64,000 nt of DNA from Octopus sinensis (taxonomy: Eukaryota): NCBI RefSeq assembly GCF_006345805.1, contig NC_043010.1, forward strand, positions 60,202,001 through 60,266,000. Reading direction: 5' to 3'. How positions within the stretch are numbered: the first letter of the stretch is position 1; the number at the start of each line of letters is the position of its first letter. The position numbers and the translations under genes were made by a program. Under the pieces are notes generated by a model. That model had not been told where the DNA came from and did no database searches. It worked only from the letters and a program-made list of their open reading frames with translations. Positions 13,370 to 26,730 of this stretch are shown piece after piece.

Positions 13370-13795
13370 AGGAGAAATATATATAAAATATAAACAATAG
13401 TTGAATAAAAAAAAAAATTATGTAAAAGCTGGTGAACAAAAGAATAGAATATAATAGATATGTCCAGAAATAGGAATAGCAAATAATTAGAAAACATAAT
13501 AGAAGTCAGAAAAAGGGGTTTCAAATTAAAATTAGAATTAATATTAAAGATTAAAAGATGGAGATGAGAATAAAATAAGCAAACAAAAGATACAAAACAA
13601 AAAATTCTCTTCTACAGCTTTTAATCTATCTAATTCTAATTCCTATTTTAAACCCCTCTTTTCGATTCTATTATATTCCTTTTAATTATTTGCAATTTAC
13701 ATTTCTAGACATATTCTATTTTTTCCTGTTTTTTGTTTATTCACTTTTACACAAAGTGTTTTTTCATTCAAATATTGTTTATATTTATTTCTCCT
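13370..13795. repeat. ~425 bp AT-rich imperfect palindrome (MITE/foldback-like)
   Basis: aggagaaat..aaacaata.ttgaat..atatgtc.agaaat..gcaaataatta..aggggttt..aattagaatt..agattaaaag in the left arm is reverse-complemented in 13618-13795. Loop about 13558-13617. Confidence 0.8.
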
Positions 13796-14439
13796 CTAAG
13801 GTCAGGCCCCACTGACAGCCAATTATACACTGGTCATTTTTTAAAATTAATAACCCAATCAGATTGAAATGCTTATTCAGAGAACTGTATTTACTAAAGA
13901 TTCTATTATATACACTCATATAATTTAATTATTCCATATTATCACGACTGTCTGATAAAAGGTCACCTGAAACTCTGAACAATAGTTTGTGAAGATCTTT
14001 TCAGCTTCAATGAAATAGTATATTACTCTACCTTTTGTATTCGAGTACTATTTCCTCCACCTTGTTTTGCACCTATGTGCGTGTTTGTATATGTGCATAC
14101 ACACACACAGACACGTATATATACATATATATAATATATAAATAGCAATTTCTGTCCGTCTGTCTTTTTACCCTCTTGCTACGCTAACCAGAGAACCAAT
14201 GTTCACCAAACTTTGAATACATGTTGAACTAACATCCAGTTCAATTTTAGGCTAATTAGATTTCAATATAAATTGATAACAGACCGACTACAACAGTTGG
14301 GCTAATTACATGATAAAACGAGACGAGTGCAAAAGTGTTGGGTTCAGGAAAATGTGGTATAATGAGGGTGGCTGATATCAGGGAAGGGGGGGAGACACGA
14401 AGAGATAGACACACAGGGATTGTGAGAGACAGACAGAGA

Positions 14440-16310
14440 CGTCTTCCATATATATATAAAAGAGAGTTTGTATGTGTGTGTGTGTGTGTGTGTGTGCATA
14501 TCTTCCTTATGTATTTGGAAACTGAGCTGCCGATTTTGACGTATGGGTTATCAAAAGAACCAGTAATCTTACAATTACCAAATAAAGTTTATTTTCATTT
14601 ACATATTTGCATTACAAAAATTTCACGTTATAATCTTTTCTATAAGTCAACTATTGTAAACATTTTATACCACAATGACAACAACAATGATGTCACACTT
14701 TCTATATGCACATGTACCTTAAAACACATCCATTTCTCTAAATGTTATGATGAAATACAGACACTCACTCTCCCTCACATGCACACATACATGCAAAAAG
14801 ATGTATGTAAAATGTATATGAAAGGTGTGTGTGTGTGTGAGTGACCGAGTGCCGCACATCTTCACTCACTCTCTCCTCTTTCTCTCCCACAGACATGCAC
14901 ACACACATCCATTTCATATACATGTACATACATCTTGCACTTTTTCTTTCAACTTCTGCTCTTTTCAAAGCATAAAGAAATAAAAAAATTACAGAAATTC
15001 ACAAATACATTCAAAAACTGAGTTCCTGATTTTGATATATGGGGTATCAAAAGATTCAGTAATCATTCAGCTAATAAATAAACTTTATTCTCATTTACAC
15101 ATTTACATTACAAAAATTTAACATTATAATCTTTCTATGATTCAACTATCCTAAACAATCTGCTGCTGGAGAGGACCGATCAGGTAAAGGACCTGGGTAT
15201 CTTGGTGGATTCCTCCTTTTCGCCTTCGGCCCAGTGCGTCCATGCTGCCAACAAAGCGCGCGGAATTCTGTTTTTGATTCGACGGTCATTCGGAATGCTC
15301 ACAGCAGCCATATTCCTACCACTCTATGTCACGCTGGTGAGACCCATATTGGAGTATGGGATTCAAGCCTCTTCTCTTATCTCCTCAAAGACATACAGCA
15401 TCTCGAAAGAGTCCAGAGGCTGGCTACCCGCATGGTTCATGGTCTCAAAAATTTGTCCTACGAAGAAAGGCTGAGGACGCTCGACCTTTATTCTCTTGAA
15501 AAACGCCGCCGCCGTGGTGATCTCATTCTCGCCCACAACATCATAAGCAGGAAGTGTAACCTCTCGAAAGAGCTGTTCTTCACTCCTGCTCCGGAGCGTC
15601 GGCTGCAGGGTCATTCCGAAAAGCTCTACCTGCGACGATTTCATCTCAATCGAAGGAGAGGAGCTTTCTCCGTCCGGGTTGCGGATCCGTGGAACAAGCT
15701 GCCAGACGAGATGGTGAAGATGCCGACGACCGCTTTGTTCAAAGCCTCCCTGGACCTCAAGTGGCCTGAACTCTTTACATGAACACCACCCTGTACTTAA
15801 CTCCATGTCCCCCTACATGGCCTTGCTATTTGCTTTTGAGCCAAATTAACTAACTAACTAACTAACAATATCTTATACCATGATGACGATGACGTCACAT
15901 TTTCTGTATGAGTGTACCTTAAAAGACATCCATTTCTCTATATGATGAGTCACTCACTTTCTCTTTTACATGCACACATACATACAAAAAACATGTATGC
16001 ATATGTATTTATGTACGTGTATATGAAAGGTAATGTGTGCGAGAGGGAGAGAGAGAGAAAGAAAGAGAGAGTGAGTGCTACTTATACATACAAAAGTACA
16101 TACATGACAACACACACACCTTCACTTACTCTCTGTCTCTCCCTCACACACATCCATTTCATATACACGTACATACATCTTTCACTTTCTCCTATCTTTC
16201 ACTTTCAGCTCTCACTCCAAAGCAAGTGTTGCTTTTTCACTTTCTCTTCTCTTTCAATTTCTGCTCTCTTTAAAGCATAAAGAAATAAAAAAACTTTTAC
16301 AGAAATTAAC
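14440..16310 (+). mobile_element. Helitron-related 5' subterminal region with a ~500 bp tandem duplication, second unit interrupted by a LINE
   Basis: Unit 1 (about 14518-15015) and unit 2 (about 15016-15159 plus 15867-16310) are colinear. Both match the reverse complement of 31260-31520, next to the Helitron RepHel remnant. Preceded by a TC..atatatatataaaa plus (TG)n 5'-end-like motif. Confidence 0.6.
15160..15866 (+). mobile_element. Young 5'-truncated CR1/L2-group LINE 3' end with (TAAC)5 tail
   Basis: KDLGILVDS, LYVTLVRPILEYG, LERVQRLATRM, LYSLEKRRRRGDLI and FSVRVADPWNKLP. One frameshift near 15372. Candidate TSD AACAAT at 15154-15159 and 15864-15869. Confidence 0.92.
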
Positions 16311-19300
16311 AAACAATAATATGATCCCAAATGATCGATCATATGATTGAGTTGACAACTTTCCTGCTTCAAACGAAAGAATGCCATAAGATAAATTCCT
16401 TTGGCACACACACTGTAGGTAAAACTTCTGTATGAATTATGTTATTTCTTGTTATATGCATGCACAAAATTACAGCTCAAATCCAATTGAAATCACCTTT
16501 TTCTAACCTTTTTCTACAAAAGAAAGTTCCAGAAATCTTGTCCTTTACCTGTTGTTTCTAGCATGTCAGAGATGACATTTGCACCCCTTGCTGATTTTCT
16601 TTTCCTAAATTGCTTCTGATTCCTATGTTTTCAATACAGGATATTAGGATTTTGCACAAAAAACACGTTCTTAATATTTTAATTTTCTCCCTTCTCCATC
16701 CCAGTTTCTTCATGCTTTACTTTTTTGAATTTCTTTCTTGGCAATCAACAGAGAAAAAAACAAAAGAGTATGAATCTTTAAAAATTTTCTTTCTTTTTTC
16801 TTAAAGAAACACTAAAATCTCCTAGCCAAACATCCACCCATCACCTCACCACTTTCAAAGAGCTACAAGTTCCCAATGTTTCACCTTTAGCTTTTAAGAA
16901 AGTGGGGAAGTTTACCTGTTGTTTCTAGCATGTCAGATTTTCTGGTGGTGCTCTAATATTTTTTATATCTGCTATTTCAGTACAATTCTATGCAAGCATG
17001 AAACATTAGATGAGAGTGAAAGATAGTGTGTTTTTAGCTTTTGAAAGTGGGTAGGTGAATGGGTACTGGGAAAGCAGGTTGGTGTTCAGGTACTAGGAAC
17101 ACCAAATAATTTCATGTGAAAATTTCAAAGGCTAGGAGCATTCACTTTAAATTGACTCCAGTATTTCCCTGGTATATGTTTTATCATCTCTGAAGGATAA
17201 AAAAACAAAGATGAACTTAGTGGGAGTAAACACTCAGAAATATCTAACAGGTTTTTTTCCAATAATGAAATATGACAATAAATGTAAACAATGATTATAT
17301 AAGAATCAAAGTAAAAATAATTCTTTCTATAAAGGAAAACGTATTTAGACGTACCATAAATTATTTCAAAGCAAAGTGAGAGACACTTTGTTCTTTATCA
17401 CTGAACTAAATATATTTTCAAAATTTTTAAAATGTATCATGAAGTTTAAATTTACTGTCAGATTTTTTTTTTTAAATCATCCACTTTGAGCACCTGGCTC
17501 ATTAGTGCAGTATCTAATTATTAAATAATTAAGTTTGATTCAGGTATGCACAATCAAGTAGTTGATACATGAAAAACTGACAGCGTACAGAATATATGGG
17601 AACAGATTATAAGATCATTGAAGATTGTTTCCTGCAATAGACTAATAACCTACACAGGAGAGACTTATATTCCACTCACTTCATACTGAGGAAATGGAGT
17701 TAAGTTCCATTTCCAGAGGCTCCCCCCCCCATTAGTTATATGAACTATTGAAGATAAACAAAGACACACATGGAAATACACCCATACATAACAGATACAC
17801 ACAGTCACACAAACCCATACTCATCGACATGCTCAAACATGCACACACACAAATACACAGACACATGAAAACATGAATATTCAGAACACATACATACAAA
17901 CGCACACACACACACATACATATATGCATACACACACATGTATACCCATGCACACTGATGCACACAAACAAACAAAAAGAATGCAGCACCAATAACGGAC
18001 AGAGTCAACAACTATTGAAGAGGTTGCAAGAAGCAATGAAAATTTTAGAAGAAATAAATAAATAAATGAGTGGAAATCAAACTAGTGAGTGTGTTAATTA
18101 ATAAGGCATTAAAACAGAATGACTCACTCCAGACACAATAAAATATGCTTCAACACATGAATTCACATAAAGAATCTTCCAAACCAAATACAAAAACTAT
18201 ATATATATATATATTATTAACCCGGTATATAATGTATTCAACCTTGTATAGAATGAATTCACCTTGTATATAGGGGACCAACCATCTTATGCAAGTTTCC
18301 TTTTAGTCGCAATTTGTATTCAGTTTTAAAAAGAACAACTGTATCTTGTTTTTACTAACTCTTACTTACTAGTGTTTTCTAGTATAAAATATTCTTTCAA
18401 ATATTAAAAATTGAGGTATATTTTTTTAAGCAAGATTTCGGAATATATTGAAAATATGTATGTATAAACTTAATTATAATTATTTTGGAGAGAGAATTAA
18501 ATAAAACTAGTAGCATACAAATAGAAAATGAGCACCAAAAGGATTTTAATATTTCATGAATATATTTGAATAATTAAAAGTAATAGTATAAAAAATATGA
18601 TCAAGGAGTGAATTTAGGATTCAGATGGCCCTAAGAGTAATGAAATACTAAGAAAATAGAGACAGTATACAGAGATATGAATAGAAGTGGTTTATTCAAC
18701 AATTAATTGTTCAGCTTCACAAATATCTGTGTTATGTGAAATCCATGTTTGTAAAAAGAAATCAGAATGTTACATGTTTTATCACAGGTAATGTCTGGAA
18801 TATACTTTTACTTGTAATATCAGGTAAGGTTATATAGGTAGAATAACTACAAGTTTCCTTTTTAAAATTTTATGGTGAAGGGAATACAAATGAAATGAAT
18901 ATTAATTTTCAAACTAAAAATAATTTTAAAATCAAAATACAATTAAAACAATTTTCACATTTGTATCAGTGCAATGAATATATATTATCAATAACAATAA
19001 TGCTGTTTAATCATCAGTTAACAAATGTTACATTACCTAAGACCATCAATAATAGCAAAAGTGTGATTGCAACATTACATGGTAACCAAGAGACGTAAGT
19101 ACACTTAATATCAGAGATATCTCTCTTCAGGGGACAAATGAACAGAGGAAGATGGAGATATACAGCCAATTATCTTAATTATTCCATAATAATTTTTTAT
19201 CGTCAGTTGTAGAGAAAAAATTGACAAAGATCACAGCATTGCTTACTGATTTAAAAGAGATGTGAGATGGGTGAAGAGATAAAAGAAAAAAGTTAGTTAT

Positions 19301-22300
19301 GGAAAGAGCCAAGTGACCTAAACTTTAAGAAATATTGTGTTTAAGGTTTCAATAATGAATGATTTATCAATTCGTGGTGGATGGATGCTGAAAGATTTAT
19401 GGAAAATAATGTTAATGTTTAAGCTGGAACAAGTCTATAGTGATATAAGTGCCACTAATTTACTAAGTCCTGTATAAATTTACAGCATACAGAAATAAAA
19501 TAATTTTACCTACAAAGAGTGGCATATTTAGTAATAATAATATCTCAAACAATATAATTGTATTATACATATGGATTACATATTGTAATATCACTTGTAG
19601 TATTAGTTTTGCTTTGATATAACAATTTTACACTGGAAACAATGCTTCAGCTCATAAAATACCAATATCATTAGTTTATAACATTTTGCCTCAAACAATA
19701 ACTCTGCCAATCATCAAGATAAAGACTGTTTTATGTTGCAGACTTTTCTCACATCAACTGATTCTCTGAAAGCTAAAAGAACGCAATGTGTATGAAGTGT
19801 GTAGCAATGACATACAATATTGACTATATTACATTTACTTCAGAGAAAATCTATAGGAATGTACACGTATCAACTATTTATGTTCAAAGATCTCTTTGAG
19901 AGAAAGCAAGGTTGAGATAAACAGATAGATAGCTTGCTAGAGAAAAGCGAGATGATAAATATGGAGGAGAAAAAATTTAAATAACAATAAATTTAAGAGC
20001 ATGACACTAAAAAAAAATTTTAATACAATACTATATCTGTTAAATCTAAAAATTCTATAGAAACAGTAAAAAGTGTGAAAAAAGAAGGGAAACTGATAAG
20101 AATTAATAATGCCCTTTCTGTTGTCACTTGCTGAGAAAGCCATTGTTATTCTCAACAGACTTTCTGTGTAATGAAATATACTGTCAGTCTGGGTTCCTGA
20201 TAAAAATGAATTCTCAGCACAAGTTTGAACAATATTTAAATTTATCTATTCTTTTATCTGTGAGCTCATCTTTTATCAGTTGTTTCTGTTGATTTATTAG
20301 TATTATTCCTGTTGTTACTATGAGGCAATAGTGGTAGACATGATGGTGAGATGATGGTGATGGGGAAGATATTGAAACTTGAAGATGGGCGTATTGATGA
20401 TAGCACTGTGTTTGCTGACAATACAGTTGCTAATGTTATGAACATTTTATTTCTAAGACTGTAATGAACTGTTGTTAGTTTTAATGGCAATTGTGTTACT
20501 ATTGTCTCCAGTTCCAGTCTTGTCAATACTGACTTTAACTTCCATTCTACTGGTATAGATGAAATCATTTCTGATGATGTGAAGTAGAAAAGATGAGAGT
20601 GGAGGGAAATTATGGTGCATAACACCAATTTCTAGTTAGAATTAACAAAGTAAATTAAATACAGAACCAATCATAGATAACTGTTGTAAAAGTACATTAA
20701 TATTATCGCAGTTATTATCACATTATAATTATTAAATGATATAGTTTGCATTGTGATAAGGATTACTGTCATTATTATTATTATTAACAATACTGATGTT
20801 ATATTTGTTGATAGCAACACTAATTTCCATAACATCTTAACTGCTACTTTGCTAATGCCTCAAAAAGACTAGAAACTATTCTAAATGTCTACATTTTTTT
20901 TTTATCACTTAGCATTGCTTCCTTCACTTACCAATTATATATATAATTTATATATAGGAAATAATTATTATTACCTACGAGGTTTTTCCCATGCTAACCA
21001 CCTGATATGATCGGTATTTTAAATAACGATCTTATCCTTATTTATATATATATATATATATATAAACAAAGTTATCTGAAATTCATTCATATGATACACA
21101 GTTTGTAGTGGCTTTCTTGTGAGAACAATGGAAAAGCTCTGCTGTTGTTCTTGACATCAGTCAATCCTTTGATCATGTCTACTCCCAAGTAAAGCTGACT
21201 TATTAATTTCTTGTTGGCTTTATTAATTTCTCATCTTATAGACTGGGGTGACAGATCAAACCAAAAAGATGAGATATGATGGATATGCGTGAGTAAATGC
21301 TGCTTTTTAAAAAAATTTTTTTTTTTTTTTACATTTGCTTAACCCACACCGGTAGGGCAAAGGTTAAAAAGAGCAAATGCTGAAAACTTTAGACTTGTTA
21401 AATGTTACAGGCTGCAAAGAATCCTTTTCTTCACACTCTATGGACAGTGATAATCAAATTTCAAATATTATCTTGTAAGTGTGGGCTTATGATGTATGGA
21501 TGTTAAGAATCCATGCTCCCGGGTGAGTTATTAACATGAAGGTCAGCTAATTCTCCTTTTCCTTCAGATTCATCTCTCCTGAACAAAAACTCCATTCGAA
21601 TGGATCATAACTAAGAACTGTGTGAATTCTGATGCTGCAGTCGTGGTAGTGAATACAGAGATGTGACCAACCTTCTATTAAAACTAAGTTATAAGAATAT
21701 TGCAAACTGTTATTCGTGAGAGGCAGAAAAACTAGGCATTGCTGATCACTTTGGGGGTGAAAAGAGAAGATATAAACTCTGATGGAACAGTCAGGATAAT
21801 AGATAAAGTATATCACTGAAAGATACGATGATTGGAAAAGATCAGCACATATACTAGCCTTTGATAAACTCCTTCAGCAAAGATGAACATCAGATGGCAA
21901 TTTTTTATAAATGAAATTAAACATATAATCAGAAAAGATTTAGCTTTAAAGCTCTAATATCCATTACGTAATTATTCTTTGGAATGATGAGCTAGCAAAT
22001 ATAAGCCTTGATTAAAACCCTGAGAGTTGTAGCTTTTATTGCTGGAGACTACACAATTTTAAAGAATGATCAAGGAACATCACAACTGGTATTCAATTTT
22101 TGACCTCACATCTATTTCCTATTTCAGATCTAATTGGACTCAACTTTCACAGGCAATATAAGTAACAGAAGAGACTTTAGAATTAAATTATAGACATTTT
22201 TTCTATTTTCCCTGAGCCAAATAATGCCAGAGCAAATATGGTGCAAAATGAAGCCTCTCAATGAAGCAATTATCTTGAATTTTGAACACGAGAGATTGAC

Positions 22301-25300
22301 ACTGAGGTACACTTGCCAGAAAATACTTTCTTTTACATCATTTTGATGTAGACATTCTTAGAAAATAAAATCACAACAAAAATATTATATTATGCCAGAA
22401 AGACAAGCAGCAACTTGAAAGCCATGATAATGTGATATTGCAAAGTTAATATTTTAATTGAAAATTACCAAAATGTCAAAGAAGTCAACAAGTTAATGAC
22501 TTTTGTAATTAGAAAGTCATGTTTAAGCTATACATATTACAGCTTCAAATTAGTCGTGTTTTATTTCTTTTGGGATTATACATTTATTAAAGCAACCTTT
22601 TCAATATAGCAATTTCCAAATTAAGGAGAACATTATATATATAAGAGAGAGAGGGTGAGAGAAAGAGAAAGGGAGAAGAGAGGGTGTGCGTGTGTGTATG
22701 TGTGTGCGTGTGTGTGTAGATGCAGATAGACTATAACAAATAAGAATGAAGTATGATGTGTCAATAGTGAATATCATTTCAGAATTATGACAATATAAGA
22801 CAAAAACAATTAATGGTGGAAAAATATTCTCAGTCAACTTCACATATTTAAGTATCATATGGCTAATTAACTAGAATTAATATCAACTGTATGCAATTTT
22901 CTCAACTATGCTTTCTGTCATAAAACTCCAACAATATTATCAACAATAATTAAATAGTCATATATCTTCCATCAAAATCAGCCTCACCATATGAAGTGCT
23001 CTGAAAGGTCAATTGGAAAATACTAAAAGGAGAGGCATGAGTGGAATCTTAACTGCCAATTGGATTATCATGCAATAAATATTACACAGAGAATTGCTTT
23101 TGTAGTGATAAACAAAGCTGCACTATGTAAATATAGTGATGAAATCATTTAGCAATGTCTTTTACCATGCTAAGTAGAAATGTGTGGTTGTAAAGGTCAC
23201 ATCCTGTTCATTCCTAAGCAAACACTTCAACTGAAGAATTGAACAGAAAATGTATGACTGCTGAAATATATTATTAAAAATCAATGAAAGTTATGACTGT
23301 AATAAAGACTATTTATCTTTTGAGATGAAGATGCTACTTGTAAAATAATGTAGAATGATTCTATGCTTCATTATTGCTCCCATCCACTTGGAAACCTACC
23401 ATTTGCAGAAGCTTGGTTCAGAGATACACTGTTTGGTTTGCTGTTATATGCAGTCCACTTTAAACTCTAATAGAAGATCAACACTCTTTCCAATTAGGAG
23501 TAATTTATTTAAGAAAATAAGTCATCTAAATCTAAAAGTTCTGCTAAAAATGAAAGAGATAATAATCCTCTCTTTACAATAAGTATGCATATCCTTAGAT
23601 TTTGGAGAATTACTTTAAAGAATCATAATCAAAATCCAAAGAAGTAGAAAAAATTATTCAGAGACATCTCTTTATAGTCTTGTTAAAAACTCTAAAGCAA
23701 ATATTTTGTTACTTTAATCAAAACTTTATTTAATTCAGTTTCTTTATTTTAATTCTATTGCATTGATTTAATTTCCAATTTTGTTTTTTGATTTCAGTAC
23801 ACGATAATGATATGCTTTTTTTTAAAGAAAAATAAGGAAAATCTAGTAAAGACATGCAGACTAAGGAATATGTATAAGAGGGAAAAAGAGAGACAGACAG
23901 ACAGATTGAGAATTTCTATTAAGTTTAAACTTTGGGTCAGTATCTTAAAGGATATTTTATTGATCAAAATATTGCAGAAAGAATGAAAAAGGTAATTGGT
24001 TAATTAATATTAACCCATTCATTAAGGAATTATTATAATTCTAAGTGAAATAACAATAGTTTCTCCCACAGATATGAAAGGTAGTACTCCAGCATAGCCT
24101 TGATTTAAACAAAATAACAAATATAAGATTTATGAAGAGGCAGAGCAGTGAATCTACTCAGTAATTAAGTTAATCTAATCATTACAATAATCACTGAAAC
24201 ATGGGCAAATGGCATAATATTCAGATTGCTACAATATGAAATATCTCTAATCATTGATAGTTTTAATATATTTTTGATTTTGTTTAATATATAAACAATC
24301 TAATTTCTTTAATGTCATTAATTCATAACAATATTTGAGAAAATCCCCCACATATTTTCCAAATAACTATATAATTTCTGTAAAAATCATTACGAGGCAG
24401 CTAGAAGATTTACACTTGAAAAGTGTCATCACCCCTTTAAGGCAGTATCATGATAAACCAATAAGCCATATTGCATACTGCAAATTCACTAATATTTACT
24501 TGAATCATTATTAATGTTTTGCCAGTGAGCTGGCAGTAAAATATTCATATACAGGAGATAGCAAAGAAACATTACAACTTAATTATTTAAAGGAAAATGA
24601 AGAAGGAAAGAGAAGACAGAAAAAAATTGATTTCTAGTCTCCTAGTACAAATTCGAAATTGGTTTTTAGAAATAGTTCTTGGTCTTAATGAGAATAATAG
24701 TTATGGTATTTTTAAGGTGCTATTACCGATACCATTATCCAACAGAGTTTTCTCAGCATTATTTCAAATTTTGCCTTTTAACTACAAATGCTCTCTTTTA
24801 ATAGAGATTTAAAGAACTCTTCCCATTTAATTCTATAAAATGAAATTCTTTCAAATTTGTTATCTTTTATTTTGTTTTCCATCATGGCATAATATGAAAC
24901 TGCAGATGAAAAATGATCTCACACAAGTTGCACAACTTGATTCAACCCAATCTTACACATTCAAATAAACGATTTTGTTTCTGTCTCTTATAGCAATAAT
25001 TTTCTTACATCTATTGTAATAATATTCTAAATTACACCTCATTTTATATGGAAAAGAAGCACTATCATTAAAAAAGAATATACTGTCTAAATATTTTTTA
25101 AAAATCACACCTACCACATATTGTCATTGAACGAATTACAAGAGAAAGAAATAGACAAGATACATAAGTTAAAATTCCAATGGGCAAAGAAAGCAAATTA
25201 TATACTGTATCCTTACAAAACATCTGTTATGAATTATTTCATTACCTTATTCATTTTATCAGAATTCAGGTAAAATAAATTACATTATTTTATCTTGAGT

Positions 25301-26082
25301 ATTCATAATAACCCAAGAGTATTCTGAGACAGTACTTGAATGATAAAGTTGGTGCCTCACATTTTACTATTTTCATATTAGTATATGCAAAGAGTTAGTA
25401 ACCGTGACCAGAATGATGCCTATAAATATTCTGAATTGCGCATGATCAATGTGCCATTTTGACATTCTTTAAATTACTGTTTACAGAATGAAAGTTGAAA
25501 AGTTAGCTCACCAGAGGAACATAAATTTCCAAACAGTTCTTATTCAAAGTGATAAGTTCTCAGAGAGTAGATACATTTTCCAAAATTTGAGCAGGTGGAA
25601 GTCTTCTAATGAGAGAAAATATAGACAAAAATGTCAAATGCAATCTTGACAGAATAAATTAGTTGAAAAAACCAAAGTATTTAATAGATATGTATTAAAA
25701 GAACAATGTATCTCGTCAATATCACCAAGAACATTTGTAATAGCATTTGTTTCCAATTCTACTCAAGGAAAAAAGCTCTCAGCTGTATTTACATATTGAA
25801 ATAAAATGGATTATCATGAATCAAAAAATAAACCCTGCTTTACAACATGTGCTAAAAATGAACTCTGAAATGTCTGAAGAAAATAATTAAATACTTTAAA
25901 AAATATTTAAAAGATCTTGTTTTAGGCTTAAGCATAAAGTTTAAATTCAGCATTATGTTGAAAAACAATTCTATAATCTGAGTTTCTGTTCTACTAGCCA
26001 GGTTGCTAATACTTGGTTACAATGTTTATACAAGCAGATTATGTGACAATCCAGTAGAGAAATAGAACCAATTTCACACAAT

Positions 26083-26388
26083 GTCAGTTATGACGATGAG
26101 GGTCCCAGCTGATACAATCAACGGAATAGCTTGCTCGTGAAATTAACGGGCAAGTGGCTGAACACTCCACAGACATGTGTACCCTTAACATAGTTCTCAG
26201 GGAGATTCAGCATGGCACAGAGTGTGACAAGGCTGGCCCTTTGAAATACAGGTACTACTCATTTTTGCTAGCTGAGGAGACTGGAGCAACGCAAGCTAAA
26301 ATGTCCTGCTAAGGACACAATGCGTCGCCAGGAATTGAACTCATGACCTTATGATTGTGAGCTGCATGACCTAACCACTAAGCCACAC
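26083..26388 (-). mobile_element. tRNA-derived SINE (family C)
   Basis: Minus-strand head GGCTTAGTGGTTAGG..GAGTTCAATTCC with A/B boxes, followed by a ~230 bp body. Confidence 0.8.
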
Positions 26389-26419
26389 ACAATACTTAAT
26401 AGCTAAATAAAAGCATGTG

Positions 26420-26730
26420 AGGGTGCATGGCTCAGTGGTTAGAGCGTTGAGCTTATGATCTTGAGGTTGTGAGTTCGATTCCCCAACCGGGCTGTATGTT
26501 GTATTCTTGAGCAAGACACTTTATTTCACATTGCTCCAGTCAATTCAGCTGGTGCCAAGCTGTATCAGCCTTTGCCTTTCCCTTGGATAACATCAGTGGT
26601 GTGGAGAGGGGAAGCTGGTATGCATGGGTGACCGCGGGCCTTCCACAAACCACCTTGCCTGGACTTGTGCCTCGGAGAGTAACTTTCTAGGTGCAATCCC
26701 ATGGTCATTTATGACCGAAGGGGGTTTCCC
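26420..26730 (+). mobile_element. tRNA-derived SINE (family B)
   Basis: A box TGGCTCAGTGG and B box GTTCGATTCC, then ttgagcaagacactt and a body shared with 1701-1918. Confidence 0.85.

Noticed and set aside
20266-20628. 120 aa Ser/Thr-rich minus-strand ORF
   Set aside because: Degenerate trinucleotide (GAT/GTT) repeat region with no domain.
21411-21615. Possible two small exons (AG|..|GTAAGT, then ttccttcag|) as the tail of an upstream gene
   Set aside because: Weak first acceptor, several frames equally open, and no recognisable motif. Needs RNA evidence.
26420-26495. tRNA-like sequence with A and B boxes
   Set aside because: No complete cloverleaf or acceptor stem, and it continues into a dispersed SINE body, so it is a SINE head.
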